Positions 54,022 to 64,000 of a stretch of DNA of 64,000 bases are shown piece by piece. The notes under the pieces were generated by a model, which ran no database searches, was not told where the DNA came from, and saw only the letters and a list, made by a program, of their open reading frames with translations. This DNA comes from an uncultured Gemmatimonadaceae bacterium (GTDB lineage: Bacteria > Gemmatimonadota > Gemmatimonadetes > Gemmatimonadales > Gemmatimonadaceae), in contig CAVVTZ010000012.1 of the NCBI GenBank assembly GCA_963751275.1, positions 1 to 64,000 of the forward strand, read 5' to 3'. The position numbers and the translations under genes are program-made. Numbering within the stretch: the first letter of the stretch is position 1; each line of letters opens with the position of its first letter.

Positions 54022-54525
54022 CTACTTCACCAGCGGGATCGCCTTGGAGCGCTCGTAGCCGAGCATCAGGTCGAGCTTGTTCTCGATCTGATAGAAGCGC
54101 GCGACCTTGGTGTACGGGACCGCCGCCGCGAACTTGGGCAGGTACGACGTCTTGAGGTCCATCTGCGCCTGGCGCGACGCCATCCAGGTCGCCATCAGGC
54201 TCTTGGCCACCGAGTCGTTCATCGTCGTGTAATTGTGCGCGTACTGCTGCACGGTCGTCCACTCGCCATTCTGCGCGGTCATCATCTCGGCGCGGTACGC
54301 GTCGTACACGGGCCAGAACCGCGTCGCCTCGTCGGCGGTGAGGTTCATGTTCTCGGCCACGGTCTGCTTGCGGGCAGCGGCGACCGCCAGACGCAGCGTG
54401 TCGATCGCGGCGGCGACCTGTGCCTGCGTCGGCTTCGCCGGAGCGGCGGGAGCGGGGGCGGCCTGCGCCGACGCGGCGGCAGCGGCGATCATGAGCGCGA
54501 GCGCGCTCGCGGTACGACGGATCAT
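54022..54525 (-). CDS. Periplasmic helical protein, paralog 2
   Basis: Signal peptide; RKQTVAENMNLTADEATRFWPVYDA..RFYQIE. Confidence 0.8.
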   Translation of the reverse strand: MIRRTASALALMIAAAAASAQAAPAPAAPAKPTQAQVAAAIDTLRLAVAAARKQTVAENMNLTADEATRFWPVYDAYRAEMMTAQNGEWTTVQQYAHNYTTMNDSVAKSLMATWMASRQAQMDLKTSYLPKFAAAVPYTKVARFYQIENKLDLMLGYERSKAIPLVK

Positions 54526-54622
54526 GTGCGAATCCTCTCAGGTGGTGGAAGTGCGTCCGCCGCGCGCGAGCGTGACTGCTTCGAACGAGCGCGCGACAGC
54601 CATTAAAGGTACCTTACCTTCC

Positions 54623-56236
54623 ATGCGAGGTGCAACCCGAATCGAGCGCGGCGCGATGGTGATCGCCATCGCCGTGGCTGCCACATGCCGCCTCGCGGGG
54701 CAGGGCAGTGCTCCAAGCTCCGTTGCGGGCCGGGATCCGCTGATCATCCGCGGGATCCAGATCGAGACCCACCGCATCTTCGACTCCGCGGAAGCCACGA
54801 GCGGCGTATACGAGGCGATGAACACGCTCCACCGCACCACCCGCCCGTACGTCATCGAGCACCAGCTCCTGTTCAAGGTCGGCGAGCGCTGGGATAGCGC
54901 CCGCGTCCGCGAGACGGCGCGCAACCTCCGCGCCCTTGGCCTCTTCCGCGTCGTGACGATCGACAGCGTTCCCACAGACTCCGGCCTCATCGCGCGGGTC
55001 AGCACCCAGGACGCGTGGACCTTCGGCATCGTCTTCACGATCAAGGCGAGCGGCTCGCAGATCGGCTATGCCATCGGGTTCAACGACCGCAACGTGCTGG
55101 GCAGCGGCACGCAGTTCCAGATGCAGTATGGCAAGAACCCGGACCGCGACTCCGTCATGTTCGGACTCTCGCGCGAGTTCCTGTTCGGCACGCCGTACGA
55201 CTTCGCGGCGAATTACAACAAACTCTCCGACGGCAAGACCGGCTGGCTGAATTTCGGGCGGCCATTCCGCACGCTCGAGTCCGCGTATGGCTGGACGCTC
55301 GGATCGGAGCTGTACAACGGGCGCATCCTGCTCTTCTACGGCGGCGACACTGTCGCCCAGGACACGATGCGCCGCGCCTTCCAGCTGCTCTCCATCAATC
55401 CGGCGATCTCGCTCCATTCGTCGAACGATGGGTATCTGCGTCTCGGTCTCTACGCGCAGATCGAGCGGAACGATTTCCAGCAGTATTCGCTGCCGTCGGA
55501 CCAGATCCCGCGCACGATATCCGGCGCCTTCGGCCCGTACCTGTCGTTCAGCCGGCCGTCCTACACACACCTCCGTTACTACCAGGCCGGCGGGCGGCGC
55601 GAGGACCTGCAACTGGGCTTCACCGGCACGTTCGGCGTCGGATTCGCCCCGGGACAATGGGGCTATGGGCAGAACGGCCTCTCGCCGACGCTGCGGGCGA
55701 CGTTCTACCAGCGGGCCGGCGCGGTGATCCTCGAGGAATCGCTCACGGTGACGTCGCTGTATTCCAAGAGCGGTCTCGACTCGGGCACGGCGTACGGCTC
55801 GCTCACCGCGTTGTGGCAGCCGACCGAGACCCAGCTGCTCATCGGTTACGTGGGCGGTGGCGCCCAGAAGAACGGCTATCCCGGCGAGAATTGGGACCTC
55901 GGCTTTGGCTACGCGGTGCGCGCGTATCCGCAGCACTCGTTCACGGGGAACCGCGTGTACATGATGGACGCCGAATACCGGTGGTTCTTCGCGCCGGATG
56001 TCTTCCGTCTCCTCGCGCTGGGAGTGGGCGCCTTCGTGGACCACGCCGGCGCGTGGTATTCGGGTTCATCCATGAGCTCCGGCACCGATGCCGGCATCGG
56101 CCTGCGGTTGGCGTCGATCACCGGCAATCCCGGCTACGTCATGCGTGCCGACGCCGCCTACCGCTGGCCGACCGACGCACTTCCGGGCGGATGGGTGTTC
56201 ACATTTGGAAAGGGATTCGTTTGGCAGGTATTTTGA
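54623..56236 (+). CDS. POTRA + Omp85-like outer-membrane protein
   Basis: TRPYVIEHQLLFKVGE..ETARNLRALGLF (POTRA); DRNVLGSG; VRAYP; C-terminal Phe. Confidence 0.8.
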   Translation: MRGATRIERGAMVIAIAVAATCRLAGQGSAPSSVAGRDPLIIRGIQIETHRIFDSAEATSGVYEAMNTLHRTTRPYVIEHQLLFKVGERWDSARVRETARNLRALGLFRVVTIDSVPTDSGLIARVSTQDAWTFGIVFTIKASGSQIGYAIGFNDRNVLGSGTQFQMQYGKNPDRDSVMFGLSREFLFGTPYDFAANYNKLSDGKTGWLNFGRPFRTLESAYGWTLGSELYNGRILLFYGGDTVAQDTMRRAFQLLSINPAISLHSSNDGYLRLGLYAQIERNDFQQYSLPSDQIPRTISGAFGPYLSFSRPSYTHLRYYQAGGRREDLQLGFTGTFGVGFAPGQWGYGQNGLSPTLRATFYQRAGAVILEESLTVTSLYSKSGLDSGTAYGSLTALWQPTETQLLIGYVGGGAQKNGYPGENWDLGFGYAVRAYPQHSFTGNRVYMMDAEYRWFFAPDVFRLLALGVGAFVDHAGAWYSGSSMSSGTDAGIGLRLASITGNPGYVMRADAAYRWPTDALPGGWVFTFGKGFVWQVF

Positions 56237-56280
56237 GCGCGCGCGCTCTCACGCGCGTACGGCCGTCGCCGTGTCGTTCT

Positions 56281-56366
56281 ATCATGTCCATCATGTCAAT
56301 CCTGTCCAGGCAGTTCAGTTCTTGGAACCACACTGCTTTGGACAGGATTTACATGATGGACATGAT
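56281..56366. repeat. Palindrome of the GACAGGAT family with half-units in inverted arrangement
   Basis: ATCATGTCCATCATGTCAATCCTGTCC / CTGCTTTGGACAGGATTTACATGATGGACATGAT. Confidence 0.85.
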
Positions 56367-56390
56367 TGGAACTACATCGCGTCCACGCTC

Positions 56391-58717
56391 CTACTGCGCA
56401 CCGCCGGGTTTCACGAGGGCCACGTAGGCGTTCACCAGGTCGCGGTCGTCGGGGTGCTTCTGGAGCGCGAAGGCGAGCACGTCCTTCGCTTCCTTCTTGC
56501 GGCCGAGCTGTTCGAGGCCGAGTGCATACACCAGCGCATAGCGCGCCGATTCGGGGGAGAGGCTCGCCGCCGCGGCGAGATGGCCGATCGCATCGGTCAT
56601 CCGCTTCTCCCGCACGTACGTGAGGCCGAGCGCGTACTCGAGCTCCGCGCCTTGTCCCTTGGGCGCGTGCGCCAGTCCCTCGTTCAGGATCCGCTCCGCC
56701 GATGCGTCGTCACCCTGCTGCCGCGCGAGATCGGCGAGATTCACGTACGTCGCGATGCAGCGATGGGTTCAGCTTGAGCGCCGCCTCATATTCGAGCGCG
56801 GCAGAATCGAGATGCCCCGTCTCGGCGAAGTAGGCGCCGAGGTTCAGGCGCGCCTCGGCGCGGTCGGCATTGACGCGCTGCTCCTCACGATATTCGGCGA
56901 TCGCCGCGTCGAAGGCGGCGCGGTCTTCGGGCGTCATCGACGCGGGCGGCGCACTGGCGAGCGCGCGCGCGGCATCCACGCGCACGAGGCGTGACGAGTC
57001 GGTGAGCATCGGCAGGAGCATCGGTCCGCGCTGTTCGGGTGGGGCGCCGGCGGTGGCGTTGGCCGCCGCGTCGCGCACGAGGGGGTCCGCATCGGAGAGC
57101 GAGCGCTGCACCTGCGCCAGCATGTTGGGCGATGGATAGCGCCCGAGCAGATCGATCGCCGTGGCGCGGACGATCGCGGGCCTCGCGGTGTCCTGCGCGA
57201 GCGCGACGAGCGCTTGCGCCGCGCCGCGCGCCCCGCGCCGTCCCGAGATCGATCGCGGCGCCGTAGGGCGGCTCGCCGGCGCGCTTGGTCCACCACTTGG
57301 CGGACGCGCTCGCCGCCCACTGGTCGGTCTCCTTCGTGTGGCAGCCGGTGCACGCGTTGGGCGTGCCGAGCGCGACCGACACGTCGGGGCGGGGGATGCG
57401 AATGCTGTGATCGTGCCGCGCGTGCACCACCATGTAGTCGCGCGTGGGCATGTGGCAGTTCACGCAGCTGGCGCCGGGCGAGCCGGTCTTGTGATGCGTG
57501 TGCGATCCCGCCGCGAAGACCTGCGGGGTGTGGCAGCGCGCGCACACGTCGTCCAGCGGCGGCGCGATCGTCGCGCGGTGCGGATCGTGGCAGTCGGTGC
57601 ACGTCACGCCGTGGTGGTACATGCGGCTCTGGCGGAAGGAGCCGTACTCGTAGACCTCGTCGCGGATCTGTCCGTCGGCGAAGTACTCCTGCTCGGTGAG
57701 CAGCGATGGACGATGCGTGTCGGTGAGGGGGCGGCCCGGTGTGTAATGCTCCGCCAGCACTGAGCGTCGCGCATGGCAGCGCGCGCACATCTCGACTTCC
57801 GCGTGCGACGTGCGCGGCGTGCTGCGATGCGGGAGGCCCGTCGCCGTGTCCACGATCCACGCGGCCGGCACCGAGTCGCGGAGCTGCACCATGAGTCCAT
57901 CGTCGGCGCCGCTCTTCGCCGACTTGCCGGCCGCCTTCGCCCACGCGACGTGCGCGGCGCCCGGGCCGTGGCACGCTTCGCACGACACGTCCACTTCGGA
58001 GAACGTCGTGTGGTACGTGTTCGCCGCCGCATCGTACCCCTTCACGACGTTCGTCGAGTGGCACTCGGCGCACATGAAGTTCCAGTTCTGGTACGCACCG
58101 GTCCAGTGCAGCACATCGTCGTGCGGCACCGCTTCCTTCGGATAGAGATGGAACCAGCGCTGGCCGCCCTCGCTCGCGGGGCGCGTGTCCCACACGACGT
58201 TCAGCGCCTGGTAGCGGCCGCCGGGGAACGCGATGAGATACTGTTGCAGCGGGAAGACGCCGAAGGTGTACGCGATCTGGTAGTCGGTGAGCTTCCCGTC
58301 GGGGCCGTCGGTGCGCACGAAGAACTTGCCGTCGTGCGTGGAGAACGTGCTCGTGACGCCGAAGTGCGTGAAGGTCGTGCCGTGGAAATCGCCCAGCACG
58401 GTGGCGGCGGTGGCCGGTTGCATCGCGAGATCGTGGTGCGATCCCTTCCAGAGCGAATCCTCGCGCGCATGGCAGCCCGCGCAGGCGGCGCGCCCGACGA
58501 AGGCGGGTTCGGGCGCCGCGGCGGACTTCGTGCTCCAGAGCGGATGCGATGCGTACTTCCAGATCGCGGCGCCGCCCAGCAGCACGACCACGGCGGCGAC
58601 CACCGCGATCATCGTGCGCCGCTTGCCCGCGTCGCCGGCGCGCTTGGCGGCGGTCTGCTTCATCTTGGCGGCCGGCGCGTCGCCCGGCCCGGGCTTCTTC
58701 TTCCGTGAGCGCGTCAC
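56391..58717 (-). CDS. Octaheme c-type cytochrome with HEAT/TPR C-terminus; two indels
   Basis: Eight CxxCH (CAGCH, CAECH, CEACH, CARCH, CTDCH, CARCH, CVNCH, CTGCH); N-terminal TM; DADPLVR HEAT; TPRs. Confidence 0.9.
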
Positions 58718-59469
58718 TTGTGTGTGAAGACGAGGGTGATCCCCAGCGCGTTGGTGTACGCCGGTGCCGAATTCCAATTCACGCTGTGCCCGAAATAAAC
58801 CTCGGTGCTGAAATGCTCGGCCACCGGCATCTGTACTCCGGCCTCGGTCTTCTCGCCGGACCAGGTGCCGCTCTGGAGCGAGTAGTACCACTCGGCATTG
58901 GCGTAGGGCGTGAGCTCATAGTGTCGGAATTCCAGGTTGTACTCCGCGTAAACGCGGTTCCGGTAGCGGGTCGACCAATCGCCGTTGGTCCAGCGCCAGT
59001 CGAAGCCGTTGCGATCGGACGCCACGAACCCGCCGTACTTACGGATCACCGAGAACTCCGCGAGCAGCCGGTTCTGCACGGAATATCCGGAGTCCGAATT
59101 CACGGTCTCTGAATATCGATAGCCGATCCGCACGAATCCGGGCTTGTACCGGTCCTCGACCAGCGTCGCTGCGCCGATCGCCTCGGCGACCTTGGGCTGG
59201 CGTTGGAATAAGTCGACGTTCAGTCCGTACTGCTGGTTGTCCGAATAGCCGTTCGCGCCGAAGGCCCCGAGTGCCTGGAGCATGAACCGGGAGTGATCGG
59301 AGATGCGGTCGAAGTAGTCGGCCTCCGGCCACCACTGGTCGATGGTGCTCGGAGTGGTCGCCTGCGCGCGCGATGCGACGTTCGCGGTCGCGAGTGCGAG
59401 CGGGACGATGAGGAAATGCCGGCGACGGAGCACGCGCGGAATGTAGCGGCGGGTCAGCGTCGCTGCCAT
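58714..59469 (-). CDS. DUF2490-like outer-membrane beta-barrel
   Basis: Signal peptide; SDRNGFDWRW..RYRNR..PYANAEWYY alternating pattern. Confidence 0.65.
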   Translation of the reverse strand: MAATLTRRYIPRVLRRRHFLIVPLALATANVASRAQATTPSTIDQWWPEADYFDRISDHSRFMLQALGAFGANGYSDNQQYGLNVDLFQRQPKVAEAIGAATLVEDRYKPGFVRIGYRYSETVNSDSGYSVQNRLLAEFSVIRKYGGFVASDRNGFDWRWTNGDWSTRYRNRVYAEYNLEFRHYELTPYANAEWYYSLQSGTWSGEKTEAGVQMPVAEHFSTEVYFGHSVNWNSAPAYTNALGITLVFTHK

Positions 59470-59524
59470 CGACCGCCAATGCGAGAGCGGCTCCGCGGAA
59501 TCGCGGAGCCGCTCTCAGCGTGCG

Positions 59525-61762
59525 CTATGGCCGTCGTCCGCCGCCGCCGCCGCTGCGCGGCGGCGCCTTCGCCGACGAACTCTTCGGCGCCGAGCCGCCC
59601 GAACGGGCCTTGTCGTAGCTCTGCGTCTTCTGCTGCCCGTGGTTGCGGTTCTGCTGCGTGCGATTCACATCCGAAGGCACGCTCGGCTTCGCGGTGGGCT
59701 GCGGGGTCGGACGCGATCCGCCCGATGGTTGCGTGGTGGGGCGCGATCCGCCGGTCGGTTGCGTCGATGGACGCGATCCGGTCGTCGGCGCGCCGCTGTT
59801 CTGCCATTTGCCGCCCGAGTTCTGCTGCCACTGGCTCCCGTTCTGCCGGTAGACATTCCCGTCCTTGCCGGCGACGACGTTGTTCGGCTTCCCGGCGGCG
59901 GGCTTGCCGGCCGGCATTGTGCTGGGGTTTGCCGGTGCGACACGCCCCGCATTGGCCGGCTGGCGATACATGTTGTTGCCATAGCCGGGATACCCACCGG
60001 CCGGCGGACGATATCCGGGCGGCGGCGGACGGTAACCGGGCGGCGGCGGGCGGTAGCCGGGATAACCGCCATAGGGCGGACGATAGTATGGCGGCGGGTA
60101 AGGCGGCCGGCCGTAGGGTCCGTACCATCCGCCATAGCGCGGGCCGCCGACCACGATGCCCACATGCATGAACGGCGTGCTGTACCCGAAGCCCACGGTG
60201 AAGCCGGTCCACGGATTGTAGCGCACCGCCACCCCGTACGTGACCGGCCGCGGGTAATAGACGTACGGGGTATAGTACGGCGGGTAATAGAAGCCGGTGC
60301 CGTACACGATCGTGCCGTAGTACGGATACGCGCCGATGTAGCCCGGGGTGTAGCCCACATACACGATGGTCGGCGTGGCCTGGTAGACCTGGACGTACTT
60401 CACATTGTAGACCGGTGAGCTCGGCGGGATGGTCTCGACCGCTTTCGGCACGGAGTCGCTCACCGTCCACGGGCCCAAGGGACCGATCGACGCGAACCAT
60501 ACGGCGTTGTCGCACGCGTAGTACAGTCGAACCGATCTTGAGCACCTGCGTCTGCGTGTTCGTGGCGTACATCACGCTCGTGCCGGGGATCGCCTCGAAT
60601 TTTGGGTCGCCATCGTAGGCGACCGTGAGTTTCGCGGTGGCGCGGTCGATCGCGGCGGTCTGCGGGATCTGCGCGTCGAGGAGCGCGTCGCTCGCCTGCT
60701 CGGTGCCGGGCACGGACGCGAGAACATCGCCTTGCGACGACGCCGGCGGGATCTTGGCGAATTCGGCGGGCAGGGAATCGGGGCGCACGAACGTCCACGG
60801 ACCGCTGAACGACGCCGCGCGGAACCAGCGGCCGGACAGCAGCACGTACGTCTGCTGGTCGGTGAGATTCTTGAGCACGTTGCGGTCGGTATTGCTCACG
60901 TAGAGGAGATCGGCGCCGCTGACCGGCGCCCACTTCGGTTCGCCCTGGAAGACGATGAGCTCGGTGGGCGAGGTGGCGACGATGATCCGGGGCGGGGCGC
61001 CCGGCGGCGCGCTGTCGCGCTGCAGCGAATCGGGAACGAGCGCCTTCACGGCGGGCGGCGGCGTCTGATGTTGGTCCACGGGCCCAACGCCGCGGACGCC
61101 GAGTACCAGAGCGGGCCGCCGTTGAGGAAGAACGTGTTGGTGATCGTATCGCGCACCACCATCATCGGCGTGTTCACCACGCGTTGGAACTGCGTGCCGC
61201 GCATCCCCTGCAGGATCGGATCGCCGGCGTAGAGCAACAGTGCCGCCGGCACGTTCGAGAAGAGAATGACCGGCGGCGTGGTGTTGAGACTGTCGGCCGA
61301 GCGCTGCTGGGCCGCGGCGTCGGCCAGGCTGGCCTGGAACCGGTCGAGCGCGATCGTGAACGTCCACGAGCCGACGAGCGGATTCACCAGCGTGCGGAAC
61401 TGCGCCTGCTTCTCGGTCGTGATCCCCGGGAAGCGGACATTCGCCACCACGACCTGGTCGATCAGCACGGTGCGCGAGTCGCGGTCCGTTTGCGCGCGCG
61501 AGCTGAACCAGACGACCCCGAAGATGGGCGTCGTCTCGCCCTTCTTGATCACGGCCACCGCCGAGCGCGCGGAGAGCGAAATGCCGTTGAGCGACTCCGG
61601 CTGCGGCTGGTAGATGATGATCTTCGCCGAGTCGGTGTCGAGCTCGCGGGGCCAGCCGATGTCGTACGTCTGCGCGGAGGCGGCGGGCGCGACCGCGGCG
61701 GCGAGGCCGAGTGCGAAGGCGAGCGCGGCCAAGCGCCAGCGGGGATCGGTCAGCATCAGCAT
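59525..61762 (-). CDS. Large secreted protein with Tyr/Pro/Gly-rich C-terminus; two indels
   Basis: Signal peptide; GWPR..IYQPQPES, LLYVSNTD, YVLLSGRWF, IPPSSPVYNVKYV, GYTPGY; PPPPGYR repeats. Confidence 0.75.
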
Positions 61763-61937
61763 GCGCTGCTTCTCCGGTCACATGAAGGGAGTGTCTCGAG
61801 CCGGCGCGGCCGGCATGGAAAGCTACTTCGCTGTATACCTCGCGCAACGCGCGCAGTGCCCTTGTGTGACGGGAGATTCCCCCTTCCCGCGTGCGCGGAG
61901 CCGCCATAGTCTTGGCGCAACACCAACGGGCCGGGAT

Positions 61938-63323
61938 ATGTCTCACTCGTCGCGACTCTCGCTCGCTCTCGTCGTCGCCGCGGCGGCCACTGGCGCGGCC
62001 GGGACGCTTGCCGCGCAGGACACGCAGTACTGGGCCGATGCCTATGGCACGCAGTCGCGACTGCTCGGCGGCATCGCGATCGGCAACGACGCCGACATCA
62101 GCGCCGTGTACTACAATCCCGGCGCGATCGCGCTGGCCGACAGCCTGCAGTTCCTGATCTCGCTGAACGCGCTGCGCTTCTCGGATCTCTCGTACTCGGT
62201 GCCGACGGTGTCGAGCACCATCCCGAGCAGCACTGGCTGGAGCGCGCTCTCGAACATGTTCGCCGGCACGATCCCCATTGGCGGCAAGGACTCGCATTCG
62301 CGCATGGCCTTCTCGCTGCTCACGCGGCAGGCGTTCAATTTCGGCGCGCAGATCCGGGACATCCCGCTCGACAGCTTCATCCCGACCCCACCGCCGGCGC
62401 CGACGACATCGATCGGCAACGCGCTCGCGAGTCAGAGCCTCACTGAGACGTGGGGCGGCGCGACGTACTCGAGCGCGCCGAACAAGCACTGGGGCTACGG
62501 CGCGAGTCTGTTCGTCGCGATCCGCAGCCAGAGCTTCTCGCAGTCGGTGAGTGGACAGGTGGTGAACGGCACAGGGCAGACGGCGCTCGCCGTGAAGGAA
62601 TACGATTTCTCGTACTACAACTGGGCCCTCCTGGCGAAGTTCGGCGTGCAATACAAGGGCGAGAACTGGTCGGCCGGGTTGACCGTGACGACGCCGCGGC
62701 TCGATCTCTTCGGCGGCGCCGACGTCGGCGCCACCCGGTCGTACATCGACGAGGGCGTCAACGGTCCGCCCAGCTCGCAGATCGCCACGAACTACCAGCC
62801 GAACCTCGGATCGACCTACCATTCGCCCACCTCGGTGGGCCTCGGATTCGGCCGCTGGTGGAAGGACACGGAGGTCAGCGTCGCGCTCGAGTGGTTCGCC
62901 GCGGTGCCGAAGTTCACGATCATTCCCGCGCAGCCGTTCCTCCCGCAACAGGGCAGTGATTCGGCGATCGACATGGCGCTCACGGCCCAATACCGGTCGC
63001 TGATCGACTGGGGCGTGGGCCTGCAGCATCGCTTCAACGAGCACTGGAACGCCTACGCGGCCTTCCGTACCGACCTCACCTCGATCCCCACGGGCGTGCG
63101 GTCGGTGGGCACACTGGTGAACTGGAACCTGTACCACGCCAACGTGGGCGTGCAGGCGTCCCTCGGGCGGGCGTCGGTGATCCTGGGACTCGATACCGCG
63201 TGGGGGTCCGAGGATGGCGTGAACGCGATCGGCGCCCCCGCTCCGGGGCTGCCGGCCCTGCCCACGGTGAACGAATCGTTCCTGAACATTACCGGTGCGC
63301 TCGGCTTCAAACTCACGTATTAG
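61938..63323 (+). CDS. FadL/OmpP1-like outer-membrane channel
   Basis: Signal peptide; DISAVYYNPGAIA hatch motif; beta-barrel; terminal Tyr. Confidence 0.7.
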   Translation: MSHSSRLSLALVVAAAATGAAGTLAAQDTQYWADAYGTQSRLLGGIAIGNDADISAVYYNPGAIALADSLQFLISLNALRFSDLSYSVPTVSSTIPSSTGWSALSNMFAGTIPIGGKDSHSRMAFSLLTRQAFNFGAQIRDIPLDSFIPTPPPAPTTSIGNALASQSLTETWGGATYSSAPNKHWGYGASLFVAIRSQSFSQSVSGQVVNGTGQTALAVKEYDFSYYNWALLAKFGVQYKGENWSAGLTVTTPRLDLFGGADVGATRSYIDEGVNGPPSSQIATNYQPNLGSTYHSPTSVGLGFGRWWKDTEVSVALEWFAAVPKFTIIPAQPFLPQQGSDSAIDMALTAQYRSLIDWGVGLQHRFNEHWNAYAAFRTDLTSIPTGVRSVGTLVNWNLYHANVGVQASLGRASVILGLDTAWGSEDGVNAIGAPAPGLPALPTVNESFLNITGALGFKLTY

Positions 63324-63414
63324 AATCGTAACGCCGGACGCGGGCCGCTCGTCGAGTACTGAAGGGGGAAACCCCCGTTCCGCATAGGCGGAACGCACTC
63401 GCACGCGGCCACGC

Positions 63415-64000
63415 ATGACTCGCACGTCCACACCGGCGGCTCCCGTTCCGCCGTCAGTCGTCATCCTCGGTTCGGACGCGCTGCTCACGGCGCTGCCGGC
63501 CACGCCGACGCAGCTCGCCAACGCGTGCTACGCCGCGGGGTACGAGGGCGTGTTCCCCGCCAGCTGGGGGGACGAGCTGGTGGCCGCCGGCTGCCTGAAG
63601 AACCTCGAGACGCGCGTCGGGCCGGCCATTCTGTGCTCGTGCCCGCTGGTGTCGGAGCAGCTGCGCGGCGTGGCGCCATTGCAGCGCTTCCAGCTGCATC
63701 TCATCTCGCCACCGGTGGCCGCCGCGCGGTATCTGCGCGCGCTCTGCGACGACGCGCCGCTGCGCATCACCTACGTGGGCGACTGCCCGGGCGCGGAGAA
63801 CGAAGCGATCGACGAGCGGGTGTCGCCGGCCGAGTTCCTGCGGCGGCTCTCGGAGCGCGGCATCACGCCGGTATCGCAGCGCCCCGATCTCGGCGCGAAC
63901 GTCCCGCGGGACCGGCGCCGCTTCTACTCGCTGCCCGGCGGCGCGCCCACGCCCGAATGGCTGTCGGCCGACTGGCCCAAGCGGATCCTCGTGGACAGCA
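63415..64000 (+). CDS. Degenerate [FeFe]-hydrogenase large-subunit C-terminal-like protein, runs off window
   Basis: Own translation (absent from ORF track): AGYEGVFPASWGDELVA..PAILCSCPLV..ISPPVAAARYLR..ITYVGDCPG..FYSLPGG. Confidence 0.6.
   Translation, partial: MTRTSTPAAPVPPSVVILGSDALLTALPATPTQLANACYAAGYEGVFPASWGDELVAAGCLKNLETRVGPAILCSCPLVSEQLRGVAPLQRFQLHLISPPVAAARYLRALCDDAPLRITYVGDCPGAENEAIDERVSPAEFLRRLSERGITPVSQRPDLGANVPRDRRRFYSLPGGAPTPEWLSADWPKRILVDS

Noticed and set aside
29067..56366. CRISPR arrays
   Set aside because: The repeats are isolated inverted pairs, not direct repeats with unique spacers; no cas genes
59454..63521. 1355-aa minus-strand ORF and other long Arg/Ala-rich ORFs
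   Set aside because: Shadow frames of high-GC coding DNA, partly stitched to a real gene segment by indels

Overview
The window is a chimera of two genomes. Bases 1-~2561 are AT-rich eukaryotic (fungal) DNA carrying the 5' two-thirds of a PEX1 peroxisomal AAA-ATPase gene with four tiny 31-35 nt GT-AG introns. At CGATCA (~2557-2562) it joins mid-gene to a very GC-rich bacterial chromosome segment, probably Gemmatimonadota (inferred from gene content and GC). Many bacterial genes carry isolated 1-2 nt indels typical of uncorrected long reads. The bacterial part holds housekeeping genes (purA end, glyQS, priA, fur, ccdA, ggt, murQ, anmK, nrdJ). It also holds: a long coupled run of sensor kinase, small protein, ubiquitin-like protein, MoxR/DUF58/BatA/DUF4175-like/DUF4159, HDAC, methyltransferase, Ser/Thr kinase, epimerase and priA; a zinc-ribbon-FHA / kinase / PP2C / FHA-protease operon; and an envelope cluster with an octaheme-TPR cytochrome and several beta-barrels. 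A degenerate [FeFe]-hydrogenase-fold gene runs off the right edge. The most striking non-coding signal is a set of long palindromes built from 7-9 nt periodic units. They fill most convergent gene junctions, and one lies directly upstream of a GxxExxY nuclease gene. A second, two-copy rod-like element has conserved arms and a variable core. No CRISPR array, rRNA, tRNA or transposase was recognised.
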